Shown here piece after piece: positions 21,475 to 45,580 of a stretch of 64,000 bases of DNA. Position numbers and translations under genes: made by a program. How positions within the stretch are numbered: position 1 is the stretch's first letter; every line of letters starts with the position of its first letter. The notes beneath the pieces were generated by a model that saw only the letters and a list, made by a program, of their open reading frames with translations, made no database searches and was not told the origin of the DNA. This DNA comes from Macrostomum lignano (taxonomy: Eukaryota): positions 1 through 64,000 of the forward strand of contig NIVC01002903.1 of NCBI GenBank assembly GCA_002269645.1. Reading direction: 5' to 3'.

Positions 21475-22950
21475 GGCAGAGGGCAGACAGACAGATGGCA
21501 GACAGGCAGAGAGGCAGAGGGCAGACAGGCAGAGAGGCAGAGAGGCAGAGGGCAGAGAGGCAGAGGCCAGAGAGACAGAGAGGCAGAGGGCAGAGAGGCA
21601 GAGGGCAGAGAGGCAGAGAGGCAGAGGGCAGAGAGGCAGAGAGGCAGAGAGGCAGAGGGCGGAGAGGCAGAGGGCAGAGAGGCAGAGAGGCAAAGGGCGG
21701 AGAGGCAGAGGCCAGAGAGGCAGAGGCCAGAGAGACAGAGGGCAGAAGGCAGAGGGGCAGAGAGGCAGAGGGCAGAGAGGCAGAGGCCAGAGAGACAGAG
21801 AGGCAGAGGGCAGAGAGGCAGAGGGCAGAGAGGCAGAGAGGCAGAGGGCAGAGAGGCAGAGAGGCAGAGGGCAGAGAGGCAGAGAGGCAAAGGGCGGAGA
21901 GGCAGAGGGCAGAGAGGCAGACAGGCAGAGGGCAGAGTGCAGAGAGGCAGAGAGGCAGAGGGCAGAGAGGCAGAGAGGCAGAGAGGCATAGGGCGGAGAG
22001 GCAGAGGGCAGAGAGGCAGAGAGGCAGAGGGCAGAGAGGCAGAGAGGCAGAGGGCAGAGAGGCAGAGAGGCAGAGAGGCATAGGGCGGAGAGGCAGAGGG
22101 CAGAGAGGCAGAGAGGCAAAGGGCGGAGAGGCAGAGGGCAGAGAGGCAGACAGGCAGAGGGCAGAGTGCAGAGAGGCAGAGGGCAGAGAGGCAGAGGCCA
22201 GAGAGACAGAGAGGCAGAGGGCAGACAGGCAGAGGGCAGAGAGGCAGCGAGGCAGAGGGCAGAGGGCAGAGTGGCAGAGAGGCAGAGAGGCAGAGAGGCA
22301 GAGAGGCAGAGGGCAGAAGGCAGAGAGGCAGAGAGGCAGAGGGCAGAGAGGCAGACAGGCAGAGGGCAGAGAGGCAGACAGGCAGAGGGCAGAGTGGCAG
22401 AGAGGCAGAGGGCAGAAGGCAGAGGGCAGAGAGGCAAAGGGCAGAGAGGCAGAGGGCAGAGAGGCAGAGGGCAGAGAGGCAGAGAGGCATAAGGCAGAAG
22501 GCAGAGGGCAGAGAGACAAAGGGCAGAGAGGCAGAGGGCAGAGAGGCAGAGAGGCAGAGGGCAGAGGGCAGAAGGCAGAGGGCAGAGAGGCAGACAGGCA
22601 GAGGGCAGAGTGGCAGAGAGGCAGAAGGCAGAGAGGCAGAGAGGCAGAGGGCAGAGCGCAGACAGGCAGAGAGGCAGAGGGCAGAAGGCAGAGGGCAGAG
22701 AGGCAGACAGGCAGAGGGCAGAGTGGCAGAGAGGCAGAGGGCAGTAGGCAGAGGGCAGAGAGGCAGACAGGCAGAGGGCAGAGTGGCAGAGAGGCAGAGG
22801 GCAGAAGGCAGAGGGCAGAGAGGCAAAGGGCGGAGAGGCAGAGGGCAGAGGCAGAGGGCAGAGAGGCAGAGGGCAGAGAGGCAGAGGGCAGAGAGGCAAA
22901 GGGCGGAGAGGCAGAGGTCAGAGAGGCAGAGGGCAGACAGGCAGAGGAGG
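21475..22950. repeat. Compound GGCAGAG/GGCAGAGA satellite
   Basis: Mixed 7/8-bp units; the long RQRAE/LCLSA ORFs are artefacts. Confidence 0.95.
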
Positions 22951-23002
22951 GGTAGAGGGGCAGGCGAGAGAAAAATCACCCAATTCCGCCGTCTGTTCGC
23001 AG

Positions 23003-26550
<3,548 letters not shown>

Positions 26551-26619
26551 GAAACGGGATTTCCTGGAATTTCAAGATTTATCAGTGAGTTTTTGTTTTG
26601 AGTATTTTTTCCGCAGTCG

Positions 26620-28615
26620 ATCATGAACTCAATCACCCCATGAACTCAATCATCCCATGAACTCAATCACCTCATGAACTCAATAACTCGATCATGAACT
26701 CAATCACCCCATGAACTCAATCACTCCATGAACTCAATCACTAATGAAATCACTCACCCCATGAACTCAATCACCCCATGAACTCAATCACCCCATGAAC
26801 TCAATCACCCCATGAACTTAATCACCCCATGAACTCAATCACTCATGAACTCAATCACTCATGAACTCAATCACCCCATGAACTCAATCACTAATGAACT
26901 CAATCACTCATGAACTCAATCACTCATGAACTCAATCACTCATGAACTCAATCACTCATGAACTCAATCACTCATGAACTCAATCACTCATGAACTCAAT
27001 CACCCCATGAACTCAATCACCCCATGAACTCAATCACCCCATGAACTCAATCACCCCATGAACTCAATCACTCATGAACTCAATCACCCTATGAACTCAA
27101 CCACCCCATGAACTCAACCACCCCATGAACTCAACCACCCCATGAACTCAATCACCCTATGAACTCAATCACCCCATGAACTCAATCACCCCATGAACTC
27201 AATCACTCATGAACTCAATCACTCATGAACTCAATCATTCATGAACTCAATCACCCTATGAACTCAACCACCCCATGAACTCAACCACCCCATGAACTCA
27301 ATCACCTCATGAACTCAATAACTCGATCATGAACTCAATCACCCCATGAACTCAATCACTCCATGAACTCAATCACTAATGAAATCACTCACCCCATGAA
27401 CTCAATCACCCCATGAACTCAATCACCCCATGAACTCAATCACCCCATGAACTTAATCACCCCATGAACTCAATCACTCATGAACTCAATCACTCATGAA
27501 CTCAATCACCCCATGAACTCAATCACTCATGAACTCAATCACTCATGAACTCAATCACTCATGAACTCAATCACTCATGAACTCAATCACTCATGAACTC
27601 AATCACTCATGAACTCAATCACCCCATGAACTCAATCACCCCATGAACTCAATCACCCCATGAACTCAATCACCCCATGAACTCAATCACCCCATGAACT
27701 CAATCACTCATGAACTCAATCACCCTATGAACTCAACCACCCCATGAACTCAACCACCCCATGAACTCAACCACCCCATGAACTCAATCACCCTATGAAC
27801 TCAATCACCCCATGAACTCAATCACCCCATGAACTCAATCACTCATGAACTCAATCACTCATGAACTCAATCATTCATGAACTCAATCACCCTATGAACT
27901 CAACCACCCCATGAACTCAACCACCCCATGAACTCAACCACCCTATGAACTCAATCACCCTATGAACTCAATCACCCCATGAACTCAATCATCCCATGAA
28001 CTCAATCACCTCATGAACTCAATAACTCGATCATGAACTCAATCACCCCATGAACTCAATCACTCCATGAACTCAATCACTAATGAAATCACTCACCCCA
28101 TGAACTCAATCACCCCATGAACTCAATCACCCCATGAACTCAATCACCCCATGAACTTAATCACCCCATGAACTCAATCACTCATGAACTCAATCACTCA
28201 TGAACTCAATCACCCCATGAACTCAATCACTCATGAACTCAATCACTCATGAACTCAATCACTCATGAACTCAATCACTCATGAACTCAATCACTCATGA
28301 ACTCAATCACTCATGAACTCAATCACCCCATGAACTCAATCACCCCATGAACTCAATCACCCCATGAACTCAATCACCCCATGAACTCAATCACCCCATG
28401 AACTCAATCACTCATGAACTCAATCACCCTATGAACTCAACCACCCCATGAACTCAACCACCCCATGAACTCAACCACCCCATGAACTCAATCACCCTAT
28501 GAACTCAATCACCCCATGAACTCAATCACCCCATGAACTCAATCACTCATGAACTCAATCACTCATGAACTCAATCATTCATGAACTCAATCACTCATGA
28601 ACTCAATCACTCATG
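26620..28615. repeat. 16/17-bp minisatellite CATGAACTCAATCAC(CC/T) with higher-order structure
   Basis: Monomer period 16-17 bp; a diagnostic variant block recurs at 26681, 27316 and 28020. Confidence 0.95.
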
Positions 28616-29438
28616 ACTCGCGCACTTCCGAACGTACTCATGAACTCACGACTTCACCCTGTATTTATTTACATCTGCCTTCTACCATTCGCCAATAATG
28701 TATTCCTGTAGCAATTATGCTTAGTTGGCTAGCATTTCCTTGTTCCAATATTTCCAACAAAATTCTCTCAAGTCTGACCGTAATTTTTGCTATTCGAGTG
28801 CCTCAGCTATCGCATATCAGTATCCCGAATCAACCGAATAAAGGCTGCGGGATAAAATGAGACAAATTGGCGAGATCCCCAGTTGAGAGGAGACAGATCC
28901 CAACGGAATGCGCGAGTCCTTCTCTCTTCCTCTCTCTCTTCCTCATCATCAATACCGCATCGCCGACACAATGCCCGCAAGCACAGGCCGGATTTCGCTT
29001 CCCAACCCTCCCTCTCCTTCCCTCCTCATCCCCAAGGTCCCCTCTTGGAGCCAATGGGATCCGCTCGATGCCAAGGAGGGAATTCTGCAGAGAGATAGTA
29101 AGTGAGAGAGGGGGAGGTACGGCAGAGGCTGCCTGTCCACCTCAGGCTGAGGCCCCAGCCCTAGAGTGGGGGAGGCAAAGGCCGGGCAGAGATGCAGAGG
29201 ACACATGCAGAGGCAGGGGATGCATGATTGATATTTTACACCGCGGATAAATGCATGGGGGGAGGTGAAGGCCGAGTAGACAGACTCAGAAGAGTGACTC
29301 AGACAGCACAAAGCACAGCTGGCATCTCAGCCACGAGGGTCTGCGGCAGGCGCTTTCAAGTTTTCCTTTCGAGTTGCATTGCTAATTTTGACCAGCCGAG
29401 TGGCCAGCTGTGGCCCGAGAGACTGCTCGAAGCGCTCG

Positions 29439-36263
<6,825 letters not shown>

Positions 36264-36489
36264 ACGCTGCAATTTCATAGAGTTTTTTCGAAGCTTGAGT
36301 TGTCCTTATTTGAAACTGTGCAGATTTTTAAACTGTGGAGAATTTTGTGTTCGCTCATCCCGTGCTCCCCCACCCAGCAGCTTCTGCCTGCTCTCGCAAT
36401 GCCTCTCTGCCTTTGAGCTGTTGACTGTCCGCTCGTATGATGCTCTCTTTTTGACATCCAATGACCCCACCTGACCCCTGACCCCTTGC

Positions 36490-36795
36490 TCTCTCCCGGA
36501 CTCTCTGTGCCCTTTCTCCCTCGCTCTCTCTACCTTCTCTCTCCCACCCTTTGTGCCCTCTCTGCCTCACCCTCTGTACCCTCTCCCCCTCACCCTCTCC
36601 ACCCTCTCCCCCTCACACTCTCTACCTTCTCTCTCTCACCCTCTGTGCCCTCTCTCCCTCACCCTCTCCACCCTTTCCCCTTACACTCTCTACCCTCTTT
36701 CTCACCCTCTGTACCCTCTCCTCCTCACCCTCTCTACCCTCTCTCCCTCACCCTCTCTACCCTCCCTCCCCCGCACCCTCTACCCTTCCCCTCTC
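36490..36795. repeat. CT-rich degenerate tandem repeat
   Basis: Repeated CCCTCTC/CACCCTCT motifs. Confidence 0.8.
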
Positions 36796-37719
36796 TAGCC
36801 TGTCAATCATCAATGATAAATATTGTCTTTAATTGTGTTGTCTCTGTTTCTGGTATTTTATTATCAATGTAATTCTTGCCTATGTTGTGCTTCGCTCACC
36901 TGCCTGAGCTGTCACAGGTGTCCGGGCAGAGTATCAGAACATTTCGTTTAGTTTGTACATCATCATCGACATGGCTGTTCTCAATGGTCCAATTCAGGAA
37001 AATAAGTCATGATTCCATTTTCTTGGAAAAGTATCAATATTTATTGTTTATGTCACGCGCCGCGCCAATTCAAATTCCAAGCCGAACGTGCTATTTTCTA
37101 AGAAACCCGAGCGTTTGAATTTCAGGCTCACTAAAAAAGCTAATTATCGAGGTGGAAAATTTCGGAAAAAACTTGCAAATGGTCTGAGCTGACGCACTTC
37201 CTCCCATTGGGTGTCTTCTCTTTGATTGCAATCCTGAGCCTTGAGCTGATCACAGTCACTCTCGCGCCCTCCTACTCAAATCTCTTCGTTTCCTTCCTTA
37301 GTTTATATATTCACCGAAATCAATTTGTTGTTTCTTTGGCGTCCGCCCTGCGTTGCTTAAATCCGTGTGCACTCGTTGTCGATTCCATTGATTTTCGATC
37401 AATCAATTTGTTCCGCGAATCGAACAATAAATTATTTCCGAGATGTTGTTCGTCTTTTGGAATGTTTCACCTCGATGTCAACCACTTGCTGTTTGTTTGA
37501 ATGCGTATGCTTACACGGCTGCGTGTTTCTGCAACAAAGAAGAAAAATGTTTGCAATACAGAATGACTGCAGGCCGTTTTAAAATGCCGTTTAAAAATTA
37601 AATTTTCCCAGGGTTGTTCCCAAGCTTAGGTAACTGATGGCTTTTGCATTCAATATTTATCTTTTGCAGTTGATAGCTTCAAAACGGGTTGTGTCTAAAT
37701 AAGGCTATGCCTGAAAATT

Positions 37720-38995
37720 GTGTCTAACAGGATGGTGTCTAAGCATATGTTGTCTAACCGAATGACTTCTGTAACAGGATGGTGTCTGACAAACTTGTGT
37801 CTAACAGGATGGTGTCTAACAGGATGGTGTCTAACAGGATGGTATCTAACAGGATGGTATCTAACAGGATGGTGTCTAACAGGATGGTGTCTAACGGGAT
37901 GGTATCTAACAGGATGGTGTCTAACAGGATGGTATCTAACAGGATTATGTCTAACAGGATGGTGTCTGACAAACTTGTGTCTAACAGGATGGTGTCTAAC
38001 AGGATGGTATCTAACAGGATGCTGTCTAACAGGATTATGTCTAACGGGATGGTATCTAACAGGATGATGTCTAACGGGATGGTATCTAACAGGATGGTGT
38101 CTAACAGGATGGTGTCTAACGGGATGGGGTTTAACAGGATAGTATCTAACAGGATGGTGTATGACAGGATGATGTCTAACGGGATGGTATCTAACAGGAT
38201 GATGTCTAACAGGATGGTATCTAACAGGATGGTATCTAACAGGATGGTATCTAACAGGATGGTATCTAACAGGATGGTATCTAACAGGATGGTGTCTAAC
38301 AGGATGGGGTCTAACAGGATAGTATCTAACAGGATTATGTCTAACGGGATGGTACTTAACAGGATGGTGTCTAACAGGATGATGTCTAACAGGATGGTAT
38401 CTAACAGGATGGTATCTAACAGGATGGTATCTTACAGGATGGTGTCTAACAGGATGGTATCTAACAGGATTATGTCTAACGGGATGGTACTTAACAGGAT
38501 GGTGTCTAACAGAATGGTGTCTAACAGGATGGTGTCTAACGGGATGGTATCTAACAGGATTATGTCTAACGGGATGGTACTTAACAGGATGGTGTCTAAC
38601 AGAATGGTGTCTAACAGGATGGTGTCTAACGGGATGGTATCTAACAGGATTATGTCTAACGGGATGGTACTTAACAGGATGGTGTCTAACAGGATGGTGT
38701 CTAACAGGATGGGGTCTAACAGGATAGTATCTAACAGGATGATGTATAACAGGATGGTGTCTAACGGGATGGTATCTAACAGGATTATGTCTAACGGGAT
38801 GGTACTTAACAGGATGGTGTCTAACAGGATGGTATCTAACAGGATGGTGTCTAACAGGATGATGTCTAACGGGATGGTATCTAACAGGATTATGTCTAAC
38901 AGGATGGTGTCTAACGGGATGGTATCTAACAGAATGGTGTCTAACAGGATGGTATCTAACAGGATGGTGTCGAACAGGATGGTATCTAACAGGAT
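37720..38995. repeat. 15-bp minisatellite (TCTAACAGGATGGTG)n
   Basis: 15-bp period; the MVSNR ORF is an artefact. Confidence 0.95.
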
Positions 38996-39692
38996 TAAGT
39001 TGAGGACTGGCGACCTCAAGTTAAATCCCAGCAGACAACACATCGTCAAACAAATTTATTGAAATTCAATAGCATTGCAAGCCCTTTGATTCCCCAGCCC
39101 ACGCCGAAAATGCAACACCATACGGATTCATAAAACCGACCCCCCAAACAGACCAAAAATGGAATTTTCAGCCGATCAGTTTTCTGCCCCCTCCCTTCCG
39201 TGAGATTTTTTAGATCGCCGGAAACTAGGAGCCGCTGTAGCCACGCGGAAGGCAGGCGAACCCGGTATGAAAGCTCCTGAGGCCGGGGGACTCGAACAGT
39301 AGCGAGTCTTAGATTGACAGAGAGACAGTGTATTTTGTATGCTCACCTGCTAGCCCCGTGCGTGCAGCTCCGGCTTCCGATAGCCCTGAGCTAGGCAAAA
39401 ATGTGCTCAAATAAAGATAGGGCTTGTATGATATCTATGGACTGGATTGATGGGACTCTGTGATTTGATTACTCCGAGGTAAATGGCTCGAATGGAAAAG
39501 TCTTGCTGGATAAAAATTAATTAATTAGGGGCGTTCGTTTGACTTGTCTAATTCGTATAAAAAACTGTTTTTCGAGTGAGTACACACTCTAATTAGCCTT
39601 GATATATATACATATATATATATATATATCTAGGTCTATATCTAGGTCTAGGTCTATATCTATATCTATATATAAATAAATATATACGAGCA

Positions 39693-39930
39693 TTGTTCTC
39701 AAAATAGAAACAAGCGGAAATGAGTAAAAATCTTGTTCTAAAAATAGAAACAAGCGGAAATGAGTAACAACCTTGTTCTAAAATTAGAAACAAGCAGCGA
39801 TTAGTCACAATCTTTTTCTAAAATTAGAAACAAGCAGCGATTAGTCACAATCGTGCTCTAAAAATAGAAGCATTTGGCCATTAGTCATTATCTAATTCTA
39901 AAAATAGAAACGAGAAGTGATGTCTAGTAT
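39693..39930. repeat. 40-bp tandem repeat x6 with an internal hairpin, next to a (TA)/TAGGTC tract
   Basis: Units start at 39693, 39733, 39773, 39813, 39853, 39893; core TTGTTCTA-AAAA-TAGAAACAA. Confidence 0.85.
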
Positions 39931-40879
39931 TTTATAAGAAATAGATGCACTCAAAATGTCGCGATAATTTGGTCAAAAAATTGCTGAATTGTTGCGTAAA
40001 TTTCTATCGGAAATTGAAATACCTGTAAAAACATAAGGAGATATGTAAAACAATTAGTCTAGCCCTTTCACTGCGATTTGGTCGTGATCACAGCCGTCAC
40101 TGTGATTTAGTATGCACAATACTAACGACTAAGTACAGACAAGAAATAGAATTGGCCCAAAGAGAGTCTATACTAGGGAGGCATAGAGGCGGGAACAAAA
40201 GCCAATGTCCTGTTGCTTTGTTGAACAAAGTATAAAGCTACGATTTATGGCGGATTAATGCCGGGGGAAACCGGAGGAGGATTTTTCAGGAGAAATCGCA
40301 GAGAGGCGCCCCCTGCGGGCATCGGTGGCCGGAGTCAACCCCCCCCCCCTATTCAATTAGCCCCGGCCCGAAAACTCAGCCGTGAAGCTTCCTTTCTCTG
40401 CCTTTGAGCCGGAATGCCATTTTAGAGGCGCAGAGAAGATCGGATGGGAGGAGAGGGAGAGAAAGTGAGCTGAAGGCAGTTTTTCCTCTCATTTCGCCGG
40501 GCACCGCAAAGGAGGATCCCGAACCCCCGCAGGGAAAGTGCGCTCTGTCAGAGTCTGCAAAATCATGTCGAGTTAGCAGCCCGTAGTCGGGAAGGTTGAT
40601 TAGGCCGCGGGAGCTGCTTTTCTCTCTTCTGGGGAATACAATGGCTGGTGATTTGAGTCCCTACTCGTTTTAGCTGTTAATTGTGCCTGTGCCTTCTCTC
40701 ACACTATTGTGCTCTCCTTAGTTGAGTGAATAAAAACAACTGCGATCCGCCTCCGGGCGCTACTGAGCTGCCGGGATTAAATTGCAAATTTGTTATTCCC
40801 CCATTAAGCTGATGAAAAAATTTACTTTTGGAGTCAATATACAACTGCTTGACTCTCGGAGAGAGAATGGAGGGAATTA

Positions 40880-41690
40880 GTGTACTGTAGATACAGTGGG
40901 AGATAGAATGGAGACAGAGGGGAGATAGAGAGGGGGATAAAGGGAGATAGAGGGAGATAGAGGAAGATAAAGGGGAGATAGTGGGGAGATAAAGGGGAGT
41001 TAGAGAGGAGATAGAAGGGAGATAGAGGGGAGATAGAAGGGAGATAGAGGGGGGATAGAGGGGAGATAGAGGAAGATAGAGGGCAGATAGAGGAAGATAG
41101 AGGGGAGATAGAGGAAGATAGAGGGGAGATAGAGGAAGATAGAGGGGAGATAGAGGAAGATAGAGGGGGGATAGAGGAAGATAGAGGGGAGATAGAGGAA
41201 GATAGAGGGGAGATAGAGGAAGATAGAGGGGAGATAGAGGAAGATAGAGGGGAGATAGAGGAAGATAGAGGAAGATAGAGGGGAGATGGAGGAAGATAGA
41301 GGGGAGATAGAGGAAGATAGAGGGGAGATAGAGGAAGATAGAGGGGAGATAGAGGAAGATAGAGGGGAGATAGAGGAAGATAGAGGGGAGATAGAGGGAG
41401 ATAGAGGGGAGATAGAGGAAGATAGAGGGGAGATAGAGGGAGATAGAGGGGAGATAGAGGAAGATAGAGGGGAGATAGAGGAAGATAGAGGGGAGATAGA
41501 GGAAGATAGAGGGGAGATAGAGGGAGATAGAGGGGAGATAGAGGAAGATAGAGGGGAGATAGAGGAAGATAGAGGGGAGATAGAGGAAGATAGAGAGGAG
41601 ATAGAGGAAGATAGAGGGGAGATAGAGGAAGATAGAGGGGAGATAGAGGAAGATAGAGGGGAGATAGAGGAAGATAGAGGGGAGATAGAG
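40880..41690. repeat. 21-bp purine minisatellite (GAGATAGAGGAAGATAGAGGG)n
   Basis: Direct periodicity. Confidence 0.95.
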
Positions 41691-42170
41691 CACAGAATGA
41701 AGCAAAAGAGCCAGAACGAGGTGGATGATCGAAGAGACAGGCTATGAGAAATAATTGAGACAAATGAAAAATGCTAATTATCTAGCAAAATTGAATTAAA
41801 AGTACTGAGAGGTAATTTAGCTCTATAAAAATAACGTTATTTCTAAAGGCTTAAGAGGTTCAATAGGTCCTTTTTATTCACGAGTCTGGAGCCGAAATGA
41901 GAGTCAGATGAACAGGGCGCGCCTTGAGTACCGCACTGAATCCTGGAGCACGGACTCCTCGTATCTAAGCGGGTAGCTTGTGATATGAATGCGGGAATTG
42001 TTGGGGGTCAGTTCAGGTTAAGCAGGATGCTCCTCATCCTCCCACGCGCAGATTGCAGACGCGGATATTCGTCCTCACTGGGAGTGAGTGAGCTAAGTCT
42101 ATGGAAGCACTGGCCAGATGCTAATTAGCTAACTCTGGAGGGTGCCTCATGCCGACGGCACCGAATCGTT

Positions 42171-42658
42171 GTCAGGAAGGCGCCAAGTCTATTATGTCAG
42201 GAAGGCGCCAAGTCTATTATGTCAGGAAGGCGCCAAATTTAGAATGTCAGGAAGGCTCCAAGTTTATTATGTCAGGAAGGCGCCAAGTCTATTATGTCAG
42301 GAAGGCGCCAAGTCTATTATGTCAGGAAGGCGCCAAATTTAGAATGTCAGGAAGGCGCCAAATTTAGAATGTCAGGAAGGCGCCAAATTTAGAATGTCAG
42401 GAAGGCGCCAAGGTTAGGATGTCAGGAAGGCGCTAAATTTAGAATGTCAGGAAGGCGTCAAGGTTAGGATATTAGAAAGGCGCCAAGTCTATTATGTCAG
42501 GAAGGCGCCAAAGTTAGAATGTCAGGAAGGCGCCAAAGTTAGAATGTCAGGAAGGCGCCAAAGTTAGGTTTCAGAAATGTGCCACGCTTATTATGTCAGG
42601 AAGGCGCCAAGTGCATTATGTCATAGAGGCGCCATTTTTTTCTGTCAGAAAGGCGCCC
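42171..42658. repeat. 25-bp minisatellite (GTCAGGAAGGCGCCAAGTCTATTAT and variants)
   Basis: GTCAGG at 42171 and 42196; constant GGAAGGCGCCAA core with variable linker. Confidence 0.9.
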
Positions 42659-45580
42659 TAAACTGGCGACCTCAAAAGTTGATCACGCGACCTTAATAAG
42701 ATCGAGTGGCAAAGTGCAGCTATTTTCTGTCACGATCATCAAAGGCTTTTCAAAGCTGCCAGCAAAGACTGCAGCGCGGCTCGACCTCTCCTACTCTTTA
42801 AAAATAAATTTAAACGCCGCTCCAGACGGGAGATCAGTCAGCTGGTGGGATGGCTCACTTCCACACGCTGTAAAAGTGGCTGCAGATGAGGAGCCGCTGG
42901 AACTGACGGGTTGGGAGGGACGAGCGGCGCCCTCAATTTTACCGTTCAATTTTTTTAAGAGCGATCCAAAATTAGCAGGCTCCCCTTTTTTAAACCTGGT
43001 TTTAGGTCGAATATGGGATCTCGTACTATCAAGCAAGCTCGGCTATTTTGGATTTGGGCTTTTTGGCTTAGTGTTTACCAATATTGCCCATGGATGAAAA
43101 AAATTTTTTTACTCATCCAGATGGAATCACGAGGTTTTCTAGAAAAAGTGCATTTTCTGTAGAAACGTCTCAGATTACCTGTTTAGTTTCTCTTACAATT
43201 TTTGAAGATTATTTACTTGCATCTCTTTCCTGCAACTCTCTTCCTGCTCTCATCCTGTTATTCCCCAATATTTTTCTGCTTCAGTGGAAGCATTATCAAA
43301 AAAGCTGAGTACCGTGTTTTGAATACAAAATAATCTTGCTAGCTTGAGCTAGCTACCGTCACGATATTTAAATAGATACACCAGCGTTGTGCATAACAAA
43401 CGGTATGCAGGCATTACTGAAGTAGAAGGACAGGAAGCTGCGTTTTTTGGAACTTTTTTCTGGGGCAGTTTTCCATACTATCATCAAAAAAACATCAAAC
43501 AATTTTATGTACATTAAGATACTCTATAGAGGCGCTCACGTACATGTACAAATCAGGAGAGTACAATTAGTACGTGCAGGTATGCTGGAACTTCTGGAAC
43601 TAAATAATGTTTCTAACGAACTATGATGTACATGTACCATTTGTAAGCCGATCGCGTATAGAATTACCTGGTACAATCTGGAATGTACGTATACCAATCG
43701 TGCCAACTACCTGTCCAAGGAATACTTTTAATAGAAGAATACTTAATTTACATAACATGATCTCAAACATAAAATTTGTTTGCATTTACATATATTACCT
43801 TCAAGGACGGACCCAAGGACTGACGATTTAATTATAAGTAGTCCTTGATCAGAGTGAAATGGATTTAACTTAAAAAAGTCACGATAAAACGGTGTTCGAC
43901 TAATGCTCGAGTGTGAATTTATAAAAAACTGATGTTTGTATTATTTTATTTATCATTAAAATTAATTAACCGCTAACTCAAATTGATTCAGCCTAAAAAA
44001 CTTCACAGTGGGCATAGCGATTTTGTTTTCTTGCCTTGGAACGTATGGCGTATGCTAGGTTGCTAATCAATAAATTATTATAAATTAGCAACAAACACAA
44101 CAATTATACGCTTCAATGATGGGGAAAAGTTAGACATAAAGGGTTTTTGATCAAGAAAACATTGGAAAACCGTTTTTAGATTTTAGATTATTGAGTTTAT
44201 TTTCTACTAAAGGCGACGGTAAATGGGTAAAAAGAACAAGTTATAACAAAAAATGTCTATTGTGCTAATATAAATTTATATTTCTGTGTCAAAAAAGTAG
44301 GAATCATTAAATTAAAACTATCTGCAAAATTATAAACAATTATTAAATAAATAAACAAGTTGAACACTAGCAAAGTAGATCCACAAACCATATTATAAAA
44401 GAAATAAAGTTAATCCTAACTTCCAGTTAATTTTAATAGGCTGAAAGCTTAAGATAGTGTTAAAGCCTGTCGATTTCTGTAGTGTAATTTATTTCCTATG
44501 GATTCCGTGTTCTGCAGTTTGTAAAAGCCTCTTGAGATGTTTGGTAAGCTATGTCTTAGTCTTGTGTCTTTTTGTTTTGCAATGCTAATTTTTACTCTAC
44601 AGTAGGGCAAAATTGACATTCAAGATTTCGTGCAAGAATACAGGAAGTAGAATAGGTGAAAAATTATGGCGTCTTTTTAAACCTTTACAATGCAATCACA
44701 ATTTTAAAACATGGCCGATATGCATGCGCGGTTACTAGTTATGAAGTTATGAACTTACTCAACGACTGCGTCTGTGTAAAGTTCAAAACTATGAATAAGT
44801 AAAATAACTTCACGTTAAATAATAAATTCACCCAACAGCCTGCCTAAACAAAGTCTTATGTTTAAAGAGGCCATAAAACTAATTATTTTTTGAAAAGCTC
44901 TCTACTTAGGCCCTAGCTTAGCCTTAAAAAAGAAGATTCAAGAAAACAGGAACAATGTCATTTATTATTTTTTAAATAACTATTTATGTGATCTTCCAAT
45001 CCTATCATTATACCAATGGTCATAAACTAGTATCAAACATGTATCATGTCCTCTCAATTACAACTTAGTTCCCCCAATTGTGACTTAATTTTCACTTTGT
45101 ATATGACTTTTCTTGCTTTTTTATCTTTTCTTTTCTTTCTCTTTTTCTCTCCTCTTTCCCCTCTCTCTGTCTTCTCCCTCCTTTCTTTTTCTTTTTTCTT
45201 TCCTTTTTTCCTTTTTTCTTTTTTTTCTACCAATTTTTCATTTTTTTATGTTTTTGATTTTGCAACTTACATTGGCTGGCGCTGGCGGCCATTTCACTTG
45301 TCTGGCTTGGACAGGCTGGATGGGTATTGGACATGTATGACATGTATATATATACTTAGTTATCAATTATCATGTGTGCCATAGTAGAGATGGACCAAAA
45401 GCAGACTTTTAATCAAAATCAAAATTGAAACTGAAAGTCAGCAACTTCCAAAATTGAAATAATTTCGGAAAGTTCCAAAGTTAAAATTTTTAAGCATTAT
45501 AGCAATTTGCTTTTTGATGCCTAAATTATAAATTAGAATTAGATTAAAAAATAGAAAGTTAGCCCTAACCTAATTAATTT

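Noticed and set aside
39693-39930. CRISPR-like array (palindromic repeat plus spacer)
   Set aside because: The linkers are related to each other rather than unique, the context is eukaryotic, and no cas genes are present.
42140-42660. 25-bp array as the subterminal region of a DNA transposon (GGGTGCCT / AGGCGCCC ends)
   Set aside because: Only about 8 bp of inverted similarity and no TSD.
39007-42675. CTGGCGACCTCAA at 39007 and 42663, resembling a tRNA primer-binding site
   Set aside because: No LTRs or gag/pol nearby; two 13-mer matches are insufficient.
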